DNA from: Paraphysomonas bandaiensis
Taxonomy: Eukaryota; Protista; Chrysophyceae
NCBI GenBank assembly: GCA_965644295.1
Contig: CBFFRP010000319.1
Coordinates: 115,610-179,609 of the forward strand
Length of the DNA: 64,000 nucleotides
Direction of reading: 5' to 3'
Shown piece by piece: positions 12,232-25,785 of the stretch. Each line of letters begins with the position of its first letter. Within the stretch, counting starts at the first letter, position 1. The notes beneath the pieces are model-generated. The model was given only the letters and a program-made list of their open reading frames with translations, was not told the origin of the DNA and did not search any database. Position numbers and translations under genes: made by a program.

Positions 12232-13632
12232 TTTTAAAAAGGAAACTTACTGTTGTATATGAATGAATGAGTACCTTAATTAGTATCCCTTAAAAACTAT
12301 AGTGGTGCTGTTTTGTGATGGGACAAATAGCTCAAACCGGCGGTTTTTTGGGATTTTTCGTGAAATACAGGGGTTTCTTACACTACTCCATGTTAATATC
12401 CTCCATAAGCCACAAGATATGGACAGTGCGTGTGTTGCTGGATAATGTCTAGATGTTAGCTATGCAAGCTAAGCTGGTGTGATGATATGGTCGTCCTGCT
12501 CAATGACTAATACTAATGTTGCCTGGGGAGATATACCTTATTATCTCTATTCTTTAGTGGATATTTAGCCAGCCTGTGAACGCTATTCAAAGTGTCGATG
12601 TCACATATGTATCAAAGCTATTAAATACAAGGCATTGTGTCATATATATATTCTTGTAGAGGGTAACTCGAGGTAGAGGAGAAGTCCTCTTTTGAGTTTT
12701 GAATGAAGAAGAAAAGAGATGGTGAATATAATGGTAGTAACAATTATGAATCGGCATGTACGAAATATCTTATGAATTGGGTGTGGAGTAAAGTTGTATG
12801 TGTATGTGTATACTGAGCCATGTTATTTTTATTACAACTCTACACCAGTGGTACTATTGCTAACACTACAATACCATAACATATATATCGTTGTTTATAT
12901 GGGTTTGAGGTTAAATTGTCGTTAATTTAATATCTCAATTGTCACGTTGATAACATATTTTATTGTAATACTCTTGTCAACATGTTTCGAATACAATAAT
13001 AAGTTTAAAAGTGAATTTCACCGACAAAACACGACATCTACAGTGGAGGTAGCAACAGATCTATATGATCGTAAAATAATAAATACGAATTGCAATTGTG
13101 TTTTTCTACGACACTGAATTATGTATTCTCTTATATCTCAATGATCTGGATAATGAAAACAGAACCACAAAACTGTAGCCGATACTATATCACATATGAA
13201 GGTTACGTCATCATTTATATCATAATATGGTACACTCTACTTCATTGTCTACAGTCCATATATACTTTGTAAGATTACATAATTGTACTATGTCAAGGAG
13301 AAAAGAGATAGTAAAATAACCATATATATTTAATTGTTACTGTAGCATACTTCCAATTGTAGCCATGACTCAGAACATATTGATAGTCCTTGTCATACTC
13401 AAGAAAGTGTTTCAACGAATGACGAGCTCGCTTGGATGTAAAGAGCCAAATGTGGCCTATGTATGCTTTTTCATCATATTACTTCAAGCAGTGCAAAAAC
13501 TAATTCACATGATCGCAATTCGATCTCTTCCAAACCTTGAAGCTTAGGTTCCAATATGATTCAGGCATCTCTCAATGGTTGCCACTTATGCTCTAGCGTT
13601 ACACAGGTCAGACATACTACGGATACATGTTT

Positions 13633-14440
13633 TTATTTCGCAGTCCCATTTTCCGTTTTCGTTGTCCAATGCTTGGGTAGTACATACGGAAAGTGGACCC
13701 GAGAGAGTGGATCATAACGAGCCCCATGACGATTCCATTGCTTCATTAAGCTTAACGCGCTCATTAACGATGTCTTACGTGGAAATTTTGAGTAGCTTCC
13801 CTCTTCACGTTCATTCGACCGTTTTCCACGTAATCGTGGTACACTTTCAACTTTCTCCGTGACGCACTCCGGTGATGGTGATGGTTGAAGTGAAGTCGGC
13901 AGAGTTGACTCAGCACTTTTAGATGAAGATATATTTTTCGTATTACATTTTGTAAGTACTTTAATTGGAGTCGTCAAAGATGCTGATATGTCATTTTGGT
14001 CTGGGCAAAACGCTTCCAGTACAAATCGTCGGTTCCCATGTTGTCTCGAGATAGTTCTAAAACGAATTCTGAAGAATGCGACGCCATTGCTATCAATGAC
14101 ATCTTTGGAGTGTGTTGTGTCCACTTCGATTACTGAAGCATCGAGATTTGTTTCCGTTTCGCCTTCATATTTGCAACGTACCTCAACTCTTATCTAGAAT
14201 ACTTTTAGGTCAGGAATGTGCTCTACTATGATACAGTATGCTTACCCCTGACATATTTTCGTCAATAATGATCTTCTCATTGTTTTGGTCCCTCAGACTC
14301 ACAGAGAACCGGATCCCCGTGTCCTTCCCACCCATATCTCTGAACAATACATTTCGATATTCATCAAGTATTCTGTTCGATGATAAGGCATGATGAATTG
14401 TAAAATCACTAATGCTGAGTTTCATTGAGTTCATTGACAT
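13633..14440 (-). CDS. Hypothetical protein with putative Ig/p53-like beta-sandwich DNA-binding domain, two exons (intron 14194-14245)
   Basis: A 52-nt GTAAG..TAG intron joins the two ORFs in frame. Motif GVAFFRIRFRTISRQHGNRRFVL...TTPIKVLTK is followed by a Ser/Pro-rich region and basic RLRGKR. Confidence 0.65.
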
Positions 14441-14676
14441 CCTCTATATGATTTTATATAGTGGTAAGGACTGAACCACTTCATCTCATTCTCCAACTCT
14501 AGCTTTCCACAATTTCAGAAAGTCTACATGACAGACAGTCTTATGTACCGGTATGAACGTACAGCAGTGGACTTGTAGTGAAAAAGAATTTCATCAAACA
14601 AGAATGTTTTTTTTTGTACACAATCGTCCACTATGGCTGTGTACACCATGTACACTCCTACAAGACCATACAGTGG

Positions 14677-14720
14677 AATACCATATCAACATACAGACAA
14701 TACCATATCAACATACAGAC
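14677..14720. repeat. 22-bp tandem duplication
   Basis: aataccatatcaacatacagac occurs twice in tandem. Confidence 0.85.
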
Positions 14721-16274
14721 AGGTACACGACACTGCTGGATAAATGAACAGCCATGCAGAGATGTGGTGCATCAGAAGCACTCAACTCTTTTTATAGAAG
14801 TTGTCAATATGACAGTTACTATCTTATGATGACCTACTTATCTTCACGTGTGGGTTGTTTCAGAGGGAAAGAAGTGCTTCATTCCACTTGACGAGGACAT
14901 ATGGCAGACGATACAAGATATATCGAAAGGTGTACTCCAGTTGTTACATTATGCAGATGTTGAAGACAAAATGTTTGATAATGAAGTAGATTTCTGAGTA
15001 GATGTGGGCCTTTCAATAATAGCATGTCCCGGTGCTTACATCCACGTGATATTTATAAAAGAAGGATTGTGCAGTGGACGATTTTTGCTACATTAAGGAG
15101 AATTTACTTCCACCTGGAGAGGATTGAGTGATAGATGTCGAATTCCTTCAAAGTAAGGTGTACACGCAAGCAAACGAATATGTAATTACTTTAACGGTAA
15201 TTGACATACGATATGAAGTGTTGAAATACGTACTAAGTTGTCATAAAATTGCGTTCACAAGGTTGTTTGCTACAAGTATTTGTTTTCCTGTCTAAATTAC
15301 TCTTACTATTTGTAAATAATACATTAAAAGATTAGAAGATGCTCTATAATTCCACCGATTATAATATTAGGACTACTGTGAATTAATTTGCGAGTTCACA
15401 CTACAATTTGGGGGTTGTAATACTAATGTACGTAAAACTTTACTGACTTAGGAGCATAATATAGTAACTTTAGCACAAACGTTTATCTCAACACGAAACT
15501 AAAAAACACAACCACCCGCGTACCAATACGGTTTATGCTTACCACTAGCAAGAGTCAGAACTAATGTAGCATTGCAATTTCTTAACTAACTAATGCTTAA
15601 CTTTGATATCATACAATTTAACACTTGTGCATCACCGCAAGAACCAAGTGAGTGAGAAGAATGTTGTTATACCTTATATCTATGCATATACCTGACAACT
15701 GCTAATAACTTCTATAATGTTGATTTTTGAGTCCTTAAGATGAACAGCCCGGATGCCTGTTTATTTCTCAGGGCACAAAGGCGTCTAAACAAGTGACACT
15801 TATTCGTGTCCCTTGCACTCCGCAACACACATGCATTTGGCTATAAGTGGGCAGAGAATTATCTGCAGACACTATATGCGGCTCACGTTAGTTTCCCGAA
15901 TAAAACTCTTCGGTACTTATCCCCCAGATCACCACAAAAAGTGCGAGTTGAACTTTGTCGAGGGTACTGAATATTTTATAGAAATGAATCTAGAGGTAAA
16001 TTTATTCACTTTTATTGTCGTGTGGAAAAGTAGTGATATTTTGACACACAACAACGACGACAAGAGAAAGAAGGGAAAAATCTATATTCTCAATGCATGG
16101 TTTATTGTTCTATAGAATAGTATAATCGCCAACAACTACTAGCTGATATCTAATATTTTTAGGTGCATCACATACAAGTTCACTACGATGTCATAAAGCC
16201 ATAAACCAATCAGGATACGTAGTACTTTGTAATACTATAGGCAGCAAATGATCTCAAATAAATATACCCCTTAC

Positions 16275-17277
16275 TTAATCAAATAATCCACCGGGAGCAC
16301 CTACACTACGTTTCTTCACGTGTATTCCAGCTCTCCCCCCGCTACTGGGGGAGGAACCATCCGTGGAATTACTCCTAGCGCCCCCTCGGTGTGAACTATA
16401 CGAGGAGGGCTTGCTAATTCTACGTCTCGGGTCAGCATTATCCCGGTCGTAGGTCACATATACAACTGCAACAAGGCCACAAAATAACACGATCGCCATT
16501 AGGAACATCGCCTTAATGCCAAGTGGTAAATCGTCTTCTCTAACTGCTCGCCATTTGTATACCATTTCGAACGGCGGGGGATATAAGCTATCCAAGTCTT
16601 TGTCTGCGAAAAGGTATAAATAACAGGATATCATTGTTGACATACTAATATAGAGACGTATAATAAAATGTAACGTACGTCATTGAACGTAATATAACTG
16701 GGCTCATGCCGACAATATAACGAGAAAGTGTTCAAACGAGAACACATGAACTTACATTCAACTTTATGCCTCACACGCACTATTTCATGATTGTCATGTT
16801 CCAGTATCACGATAAGTTTGTCAATATATTGATGAGTGTGCGCTTGGTAGAGGTGCACTGAGGGGATAACCAATTGGTTATTAGAAAAAGTGAACGACCT
16901 GATACGAACAAAATAGATAGAACAGTATTAACCACTACTACAGAAGAATTCTAAAGTAAGGCGTACATTCGGATATCTTTTGTTGAATCCCATATTACAT
17001 CACGGGTATTTTCATTTTCGCGCGGTAAATTGGGTTTTGACAGCACTGTGTCATCCCTAAGAAATAGAGGCATTTCGTTAATAGATAACTCTATCCAGGG
17101 CGTTTTCCACTGCATTATACAAAATAAATCAGGAAAAATAAGAGACAATGGCAGTAATACCCCAGCATGAACTGTTTGTGTATGCGTGACAATGCGATCA
17201 TCAGCGAGGAGCCCGCTGACAGGACAACATAAAACGAACAAAACCATACCCAAAACACTCATACTACACATTGTCAT
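16275..17277 (-). CDS. Uncharacterised type I membrane protein, multi-exon (exact junctions not resolved)
   Basis: Signal peptide (SVLGMVLFVLCCPVSG), several short ORF segments bounded by splice-like signals, and last exon YKWRAVREDDLPLGIKAMFLMAIVLFCGLVAVVY (TM) with a Ser/Arg/Gly cytosolic tail. Confidence 0.7.
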
Positions 17278-17461
17278 CTTTGTTTGGATAACAATTTACT
17301 TGGGGCTAACTTAACTTGCTGCCAATAGATAATGAAGCATTGACGTTTATATTATTCATTATTCATATACCCTGCTGCACTCCTCTTTTCATGTCTTTCT
17401 ATACCATAAAAACAAGGGTTTTTTCAGTTCAATAGTCAAAAAGTCAATGATCCAGTTTTAG

Positions 17462-17467
17462 AAAAAA
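17462..17467 (-). terminator. Pol III oligo-dT terminator of tRNA-Ile
   Basis: T6 run on the minus strand a few nt downstream of the tRNA 3' end. Confidence 0.7.
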
Positions 17468-17472
17468 GGAAA

Positions 17473-17546
17473 TGCTCAATCGGGGGCTCGAACCCAGGAC
17501 CTTAGGTTTATTAGACCTACGCTCTGACCAACTGAGCTAATCGAGC
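17473..17546 (-). tRNA. tRNA-Ile, anticodon AAT
   Basis: GCTCGATTAGCTCAGTTGGTCAGAGCGTAGGTCT-AAT-AAACCTAAGGTCCTGGGTTCGAGCCCCCGATTGAGCA folds as a cloverleaf with TAGGT/ACCTA anticodon stem, D-arm and GTTCGA T-loop. Confidence 0.95.
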
Positions 17547-17813
17547 ACTTGATGATAACACTAAATAGAATAGGTAATATAATAGAATTACATTTATATT
17601 GTTTAACAGTTAAGAAAAACGAATTAAAGAAAGTTAAAGCATGACATCCAATCATATTCAAGTAAAGTCTAATAGAAGAAAACATGTGGTATGAAGAGTT
17701 TCTATATAGACGCAAGAGGTATGCATTCACCAGATTTTGAGAGACTCTGATTAGACCTGGAATGAAAGACAAAAACATAAGAGTCAGTAGAAGTTACTTT
17801 AATAGGAAGTAAC

Positions 17814-20800
17814 ATGGCTTCATTAGATATTCTTATAGCTGTATTAGTAACTGTTGGAGTAGCTATATTGTGTGCTGCACTGTTTAAGAAATGGAGACAT
17901 TGTATGGAAGTGAAGAAACTTCAAGAATCTCGATTAAAATGGAAGAAAGAACATCGAAATACACTTACTGGCAATTTTGTTATGACATATTCAACACCTA
18001 TAAGTGATACATATGATATTCAATCGAGTGCACTACTGGGTAAAGGAACTTTTGGAGTTGTTGTTGTTGGATATCATAAAGAATCGAAGGTTCAATATGC
18101 TATTAAGTTAGTCAATACAAGCAGTGGGAAGAGAAAGAGAATAGAGAGAGAGTATAAGTTACTAAAAGACATTGATCACCCAAATATTGTGAGGTTATTT
18201 GCTGTGTATGACACACCATCTGAGGTATGGAAAGTAGTAGATATAGAGGTATATGATATCTTGATATACCTGAAAGGTGCAAGTGTTTTTCTAAGCTAAC
18301 TCATATATCACACTTCTGTATATATTAAGTGGTAGTGTATATCGTATAGATGTGGTATGACCCGTATTACACGATTCAGACACTCCGAAATGTCTGCTGA
18401 CGCATGTGTATTCAGGTTGGATTTGTAATGGAGTTGTGCACCGGCGGATCTGTTTCTTCTTGGATAGAGCGACTGCAGTACAGCTCAAAGAAAGGTCTTC
18501 CTGAGGCTACGGTTAAGAACACTATTAGACAACTTATGAGTGCTATAGCCCATATGCACACAAGAGGAATTTGTCACAGGTACTATAATCCTATATATAC
18601 AACACGTCATACTATCTAGGTCAGTGTATATATTAGAAAGCAGAATAGTTAGCATATGACAGGGAGTTGAGTTGGAAAAAGTGTTCATTTGTTATGAGTT
18701 GTTGTATCGAGAATCGTAGTTATGAAGCCGACATCCAACTGTATGTATATTTTGTAGAATACTGCTGTCTATGTGGAGGCATCTATAGCTCATACATGTT
18801 GATCAAGCTGTAATTACTATGTTCTTGCCTCACATTATATCAGAGATATAAAACTGCAAAACATTATGCGAGAGCATGCTGGATGGAATGCTCAGATTAA
18901 ATTGATTGATTTTGGTCTAGGTACTCGGTTTATAGGTATGTTTAATCAAAATTGCGGTGTTATATGTACTTGATGTGGCTATTATATATCGCTTTTGTCA
19001 ACATATATGACAAATTGTGTATACAACATATTCTCTACATTCTGGTTGCCTTTTCCTACACCAATTTAACAGTCTATGGATGAATTATCAGGTGCAACCC
19101 CAATGAAAACTAGGTGCGGGACGTTATACGCTACTGCTCCTGAAGTGCTGAGGGAATCTTACGACGAAAGATGTGATGTGTGGAGTGCTGGAGTTGTGAC
19201 ATATACTCTACTGACAGGACGAAAACCATTTGAGGCCCTCTTATTGGGTATGGAGATATACTTGTATAGCCCTGGTGTATTGTGTGTCATCGTGTATACT
19301 CTGTAATGTTGCGTTGACACTTGTGAAGTAAGCAATGGGCTTCAGTAACACAGTGTAATACATTCTAAACTAGCAATGTATCACTCGTACAGTACCTTCG
19401 TAGGCAATATATGTCCCTTAAAGTATACGTTTTGTTGTTTATTCGCTTTGTCTTAGGTGGTGACAATTCCGATGGAAAGTGCTCAGTAATGACGAATATA
19501 CTCATGGGGCGATGTAACTATCGTAATAAGGACTGGAAGAAGCTTTCTAATGATGCATTTGACTTTACAAGGGGCCTTCTGACCCACGACTACAAGGTGC
19601 ATATGCACACTAGACTGGTGTAGGGAATATATGGCAATGTGATACCACCATTTGAATATAATATTGTTGGAAATATATTACATACTGTTTCTTATTCTGT
19701 GTATTTCTACAGGATAGGTGGTCAGCCCAGGAGGCTCTCAAACACCCGTGGCTTGATGATAATAGGAGCATTGGTCATGAAAATTCAGATGATGAGGTGG
19801 CACTTTATTCCTATTATAATTCTGATTTATATCCTTTTGCGCTAACGTATTCGATCTGTTTACATATTTCGTTGAAGTTTTGTGCTGTCAGTTAATGTGT
19901 ATTGTTCTGGTTAGGTCAGTGACACTGAGGAGAGAGAGAAAGAGGCCACAGCCCGCACTCGTCGATTTTCCTCTGCGTCTGTTATGTCAGACTCCTCAGT
20001 GGTTCTAGCAGACTCCCCCAACTGCTCCTCTCCTCTTACTCCCAATGCTCTGCTCAATTTAAAACGGCAGAAGGACGTTTCAGTTTTACACTCGACGTCA
20101 ATGATGGCAATGGCCTATAATATGCCCCTTGATAAAGCTGTTGATAGAAGAGCTTTTTTTCAGTCATTTGATCAAGACAATAATGGCACGCTGTCGAGAG
20201 AAGAATTTCGTCAGGTAATCATTTTACTCTATGTTGCCATGTGTAATGAATATATTAATATATTTCATACATTTATTGTAGTCTGGTGTTTATGAAACAC
20301 TACAAATGCGTGATTGTGTGCGTTCTATATTTGGATATGAGTTGCTATATCATTGGAAATGGCTCTAATTGTAATACGGTCGTTCTTCATAGGCTATGTT
20401 GGCGTGTAATCCACCAAATTGTTCAGAACAGCTCAGCAGCAATGATATCGACAGTATATTCAGTGCTGTTGATGTGAATGGTGACAATCAGATTTCTTTC
20501 ACTGAATTTTTGGCCGCTACTCTGGATCCCAGAGATTTTGATATTCAATCAATTAACACTGCGTTTCATTTACTTGATACTGACAACAAAGGTACAGTGG
20601 CTGAAAGTATTTTGTATTAAGGCTATAGATTGACTTACGCTGATTGGTAATGTAGCATTGACAATGTGTATGACAATACGTATTTTGGTATCAGAACCAT
20701 TTTCGATCGGTTTTAATCTTATGACAGGGTACATAACCTTCAATGACATGGAACGCGTGTTAAGTGTGACTTCTGCAGCGAGGAAGCGCTCTGTTCTAAT

Positions 20801-22101
20801 GTCACAAACGAATACACGCAGTGATAGCAGAAAGCATATTTACCAGCCCTCAAGTAGTAGTAAAGCTCTAGGGCATGATGATAGCGATGAATTTTCGGGT
20901 GACAAAGGTAAGTGGATATTTGGAGTTGTTTTGTAAGAATTGAACGTTTGACATGTAGCTGGATATCCGAGCTCTACGCAGGCTGCAGCCCGTATACGTG
21001 GACGGTCCCATTCATTAGGAAATATATTTAAGAGGTATTTACATCGCGTTTATAGCTTACAATTAGGCCGTACATATGTTTGTATTCGATGTCATACCGT
21101 TTGTCTGAATGGCGATTAGTCATGAGATATAAGTAGTTATATTGTCATACTAACACATATCTACTTCAATAAATATACCGCATATATGGAATCGTAGAAT
21201 AATATATCACTTGTTGTTATGTTAGTGACTACAATTCGTCGTTAATATAACATATTCTCTCTACTCAGGTCTAATGCGGTAATTGATGTCCTCCCTTCCG
21301 CTTCCCAGCGAAGGTTTTCATTAACGAATGCCCCCCTCTCTCCACTCGTGTCCCTTGGAATCAGCTCCTGCAGTGGGGACAGCCAACACTCGAATAATGA
21401 AATTAAAATTCATAGACGAAAAACATCTTCCATTCTTCCCATACTGTCTTCGAAAAGTTCCCCCATGATGCTCTACAGTAAATCTATTACCAACAAACCT
21501 CCTCCAGGTAAGATTGCCTAAGCAATATATCACAGTATGTCACGGGCTTATGTCTTTCCGTTTCCGTGTACAGAACTTGATTCAACTACCGCTGAACAAA
21601 TTCAGAAGGCGATGAAGTTATTTGATAAAACTGGAGATGGTGTCGTCTCATATGCGGGTATAAATCAATCGTCAATGCATATTTTGCCAAACTGTCACAG
21701 TCATGCTATGTCCACGTTATAATGATTGTATATAGTGCAATTTTAACAAATGAAATGTGAAATTTATTTTTGTTCGATAGATTTTCTACTAGCTCTGACA
21801 GACAATGGAACTCCTTATTATAAGCCAGGTGTGTATACAAACGCTGCGATATTTTGCTTTAGTCATGATGTACTGTACTAATTACACTTAAACTAACGGT
21901 CTTGCAGATGTTGAGTCTGCGGATGCCACTTCGTCGAATGTCTATCCAGTTGGAAGAGAAAGTTCCAGTATGTATTCACGCACGAATAGTGGATCTAAAC
22001 GATGTGGAAGTCGAGATATAGTGCGTGCTCAGTCAGCTGTGTATTTAACGAAGCATGAAGAAAGAAGCCAGAGTAGCATCTCCGGGGAGGCGATTTCTTG
22101 A
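17814..22101 (+). CDS. Calcium-dependent protein kinase (CDPK-like) with N-terminal membrane anchor, many exons
   Basis: [20 protein letters not shown]|[20 protein letters not shown] and DVWSAGV lie across GT-AG exons. Four EF-hand loops follow: [48 protein letters not shown]. Last exon ends TGA at 22101. Confidence 0.88.
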
Positions 22102-22235
22102 TATGTAAAATAAACAATGGCACATTTGTGTATATCCAGTTATCGTGTTCGTCATAACTGTCATATTTTGTCGAGAGTCCTGTGTATTCTTTTTTGACAT
22201 TAAATGTTACCTATTGTATGATTATGGTGGCTCGG

Positions 22236-22307
22236 CTATTAAAATCGTATTGAAATAGGTTATTTATATCTCGACTATTAAATCGTATTGAAATAGGTTA
22301 TTTATAT
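22236..22307. repeat. ~34-bp tandem duplication
   Basis: ctatta(a)aatcgtattgaaataggttatttatat occurs twice. Confidence 0.8.
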
Positions 22308-22594
22308 ATGCTATATGCTTACAATAAATGATTATTTCTTCGTTTAAGTACATTATTATTCTTAATCCTTATTGAGAAACGCTCATTTTATACTAGATCA
22401 CAGAGAGAATTTGTCGTAAGACTAGATAGATTTATTAATATCGTTTACACGAAGTTGTGATAACCAACACTAACTCATTATAATCCCTGCATAATATCCT
22501 ACATATGCGAACCTCTCGTTACTGAACATATCTTGAACGATCAAACTATTTCAGTTTCTCAATATCATCACAGCATTTGTACATCACTATATTT

Positions 22595-23399
22595 CAGGGA
22601 TAGGGAACAATATATTGCAATACTATTGTTAGATAGCGTTCCATCAATAGTATTGATGGATTTTTTAAACCGGTCCTACAATACAATTACAATATATTGC
22701 AATATATTGTCAATGTATTGCGATATATTAGTTTGACTAATCAGTAGGTAAACACATCCGTAGATTTCATTTTTAGTATTAGCCATTAAGATCACATGAT
22801 AACCAAACCAACTGCTGCTTATAGCTACTAAAAATCCACCTCGTCCTCATCCTCTGAGCCATCATCGGTGAGGTCGACATCACCATATTCATCCACAGAA
22901 TTAATTGAAATATGCTAGTATCCGGCCATAACTGTCGAATAGCTTTCTAAAACAACAGCATATTAAGTAAGATGGATACTTTTGCGCAACACTGATATAA
23001 TATGTTTAGCTGTGCTGAACAGACGTTCCCATGTATCGGAAGTACATACCAGGGCCAAGGGCCAGGCAACCGTTAACGACTCGTGGATCTGTACGTTTCT
23101 TAATTTTTTTAGCTGACTGAAGATTTTTAGTCGCATAGTCAACATCAGCTTCATTATCCTTTGTAATGTTGTAATCAATTTCTCGTTATTTATATCCATT
23201 TTGCACCCTTCAGTTGAGAATCTTCTCTTATATGACTATCATAATATTGATTGCAATATATTGCAATAGTATTGTGAGCTCTTTTAGCAGAAACACTATT
23301 GATGGAATATTTGACCAGTCCACCAATCAATATATTTTACAATATATTGCAATATATTGTACAATGTATTGCAATACAATATATTGTTCCCTATCCCTG
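22595..23399 (-). mobile_element. Non-autonomous hAT DNA transposon (805 bp) with perfect TIRs and 8-bp TSD
   Basis: TIR CAGGGATAGGGAACAATATATTG ... CAATATATTGTTCCCTATCCCTG, and TSD CTATATTT at 22587-22594 and 23400-23407. Internal minus-strand relic TSDTWERLFSTAKHIISVLRKSI..NMLLF*KAIRQLW matches the hAT C-terminal dimerisation domain. Confidence 0.95.
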
Positions 23400-23741
23400 C
23401 TATATTTCACTGTATTCTCGTACATTGTCTTGAAGTGACATACTGAATATACTAGAATAAGATCCATATTCTAATAATCCTGGCTGTTAGTATAGAGGTT
23501 TCACAGTAGCACTTCACTTTCTCTGAGATGGCTAGATTGGAACTCCTTTAGTTTTGACAATCAGTAATTGCAATGTTGTTACATTGACACGAGTTCACCA
23601 AATTACCTAACTAGGAATAGTTATATATGCCACCCTGTAAGGTAAGAGATAATACAGGTATGTAGTGTATGTACTTTCGCACTATACGAGAAAAGGAGAG
23701 TATAAGGTCGGCAAAGAAGGGTGGGAAACATTAGAACGCCG

Positions 23742-25468
23742 TTAAGTTTCTAATCTACCGTTACATATAGAGTCACTGTCATAAAAATAAATACCCCATC
23801 GTCTCATTTCATGTGTATCATCTAATAAGTCAATCGGTGGTTCATATCTCATCTCTTTCAGCAGCATCGTCATATATTTCACGAATGTTTTGTTGATTCG
23901 AAATAAATTCCTTGGTACGATGTAGCTCGGTTGCTTCATACGTTCCCGTGTAGTCATACCCATATACAAAGACTGAATATGATACACCAATAGCGATATC
24001 ACAAAAAGCAATTGAATAAAACACCAAATCATAAAATAAGCCAGGAACTTACTCTCCGGTTTGTAGATACGCACATAACAAATAGATGAATAGAGAAATA
24101 TGGGAATATACACAACCATGGAAACTAGATACAGTGTAAAATATAGATAGTTGCCACGATGAATACAGCTCCACAAAAAGTAGCAATAATGGTCGAATGT
24201 TAATACGCAAGTATTGAGTTCCTTGCAATGCCCCGCACGAAGTGGTAGCTGAACGCGACATCGGTGACAAACGGGGACACGACTTGTAGTTTCATCAGCA
24301 TTACGTAATGCACTTGACAGGTAATAGTGATATATATCGTGCAGGGATTTAGCGTATCGATTCTGGCATAACTGAGGTAAAGGGGAAGGAGGCGTAAAGT
24401 ACACGACCAGAAAACTCCACCACATGAAGATTTGTCCAATCAAATTTACGAAAATGAGGACTGAGGAAGGGTATCGATATTCGTCACCGAACCGACAGGA
24501 GATGAAAACAATGAAGTAGCAAACTGACAATACAATTGACGACACAAAACACCGAAAAGGAAGCTTTGACAACTCTGAACTATTTTTTCCAAACAATTTA
24601 GAATAAAGTTTGAAGCTGTATGTAAGGGAGGAGGAGATGCATCCTCGACAAGACAGAGGCCTCACAGATTTCCAACTGAACGCTGGAAAATAGTGTCGTA
24701 AAATTTCACGAAAGCCAACAGACAGTCGTTGGCACGTATAGCTGCAAGATGTACCACCGCACTGGGATCTGTGTGTCGGCAGCAACTTGACTGCATTACA
24801 ACACACACTATCGCGTCGTTTAGATATATCGTTTTGCTCTGGAGTGACAGGAGATCTTATGCAGCTTTGATGCGGAGATGAAATACCCATAAGATGAGGG
24901 TACCACTTCTTCATGAAGGCAATGACCTGCACACGATTCGAACAATTTACACTGATGAACTATCACTGCGGTATACACTAAACTGGACATCGATGCAGTA
25001 GCATTATATCAGTAAACAAACTCATAATCACCGCAACAATAGTAACATATATACAGCAATGAAACACACCTGAGGATGTGGTTTCACGCGAGTAATAATC
25101 TCCACAGGAGTTCTACCCATTTGATCTGGTTTATAAAGTACTGTTTCCTCTATAAACGACATGATGGATATGATCTCTATACGTCCAAGTATAAGTGCCC
25201 AATGAAACGCAGCTAATCCTTTATATTCATTATATAAGATGTCTATAAGAAGATATGCGTTACCTTGTTGATCATAATCATATATATGATCTCGTATGTT
25301 CTGTGTGTGTAGTAATAGAATAACAATATCAATATGATTGTTAAGAACTGCTCTGATGAGAGGAGTGATACCGTTAGAGTCTACTTCATGGTTATGGTTA
25401 TTGTATTCTCCTGAGATTAATAAACGAATTACTTTGATAGTGTTTCCAGATTCACAAGCTTGTTGCAT
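23742..25468 (-). CDS. Ankyrin-repeat DHHC-family palmitoyltransferase (Akr1/ZDHHC17-like, DHYC variant); introns 25219-25263 and 24927-25069
   Basis: Ankyrin motifs (GITPLIRAV, GLAAFHWA, GRTPVE), TM helices, CHRC..LRAGHCKELNTCVLTFDHYC..CIHRGNY and a TTRE motif. GT-AG introns keep the frame. Confidence 0.88.
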
Positions 25469-25511
25469 GATGATATAGTGATGACATTGGAATCATATAT
25501 ACTTGATCTGG

Positions 25512-25785
25512 GTATGTGTATGTATGTATGTATGTATGTATGTATGTATGTATGTATGTATGTATGTATGTATGTATGTATGTATGTATGTATGTATGTA
25601 TGTATGTATGTATGTATGTATGTATGTATGTATGTATGTATGTATGTATGTATGTATGTATGTATGTATGTATGTATGTTTGTATGTATGTATGTATGTA
25701 TGTATGTATGTATGTATGTATGTATGTATGTATGTATGTATGTATGTATATGTATGTATGTATATGTATGTATGTATATGTATGT
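25512..25785. repeat. (GTAT)n microsatellite, ~270 bp
   Basis: Near-perfect tetranucleotide run just upstream of the palmitoyltransferase start. Confidence 0.98.

Noticed and set aside
14830-15160. Coding-looking stretch in the intergenic region
   Set aside because: The frames examined are interrupted by stops and no recognisable motif was found.
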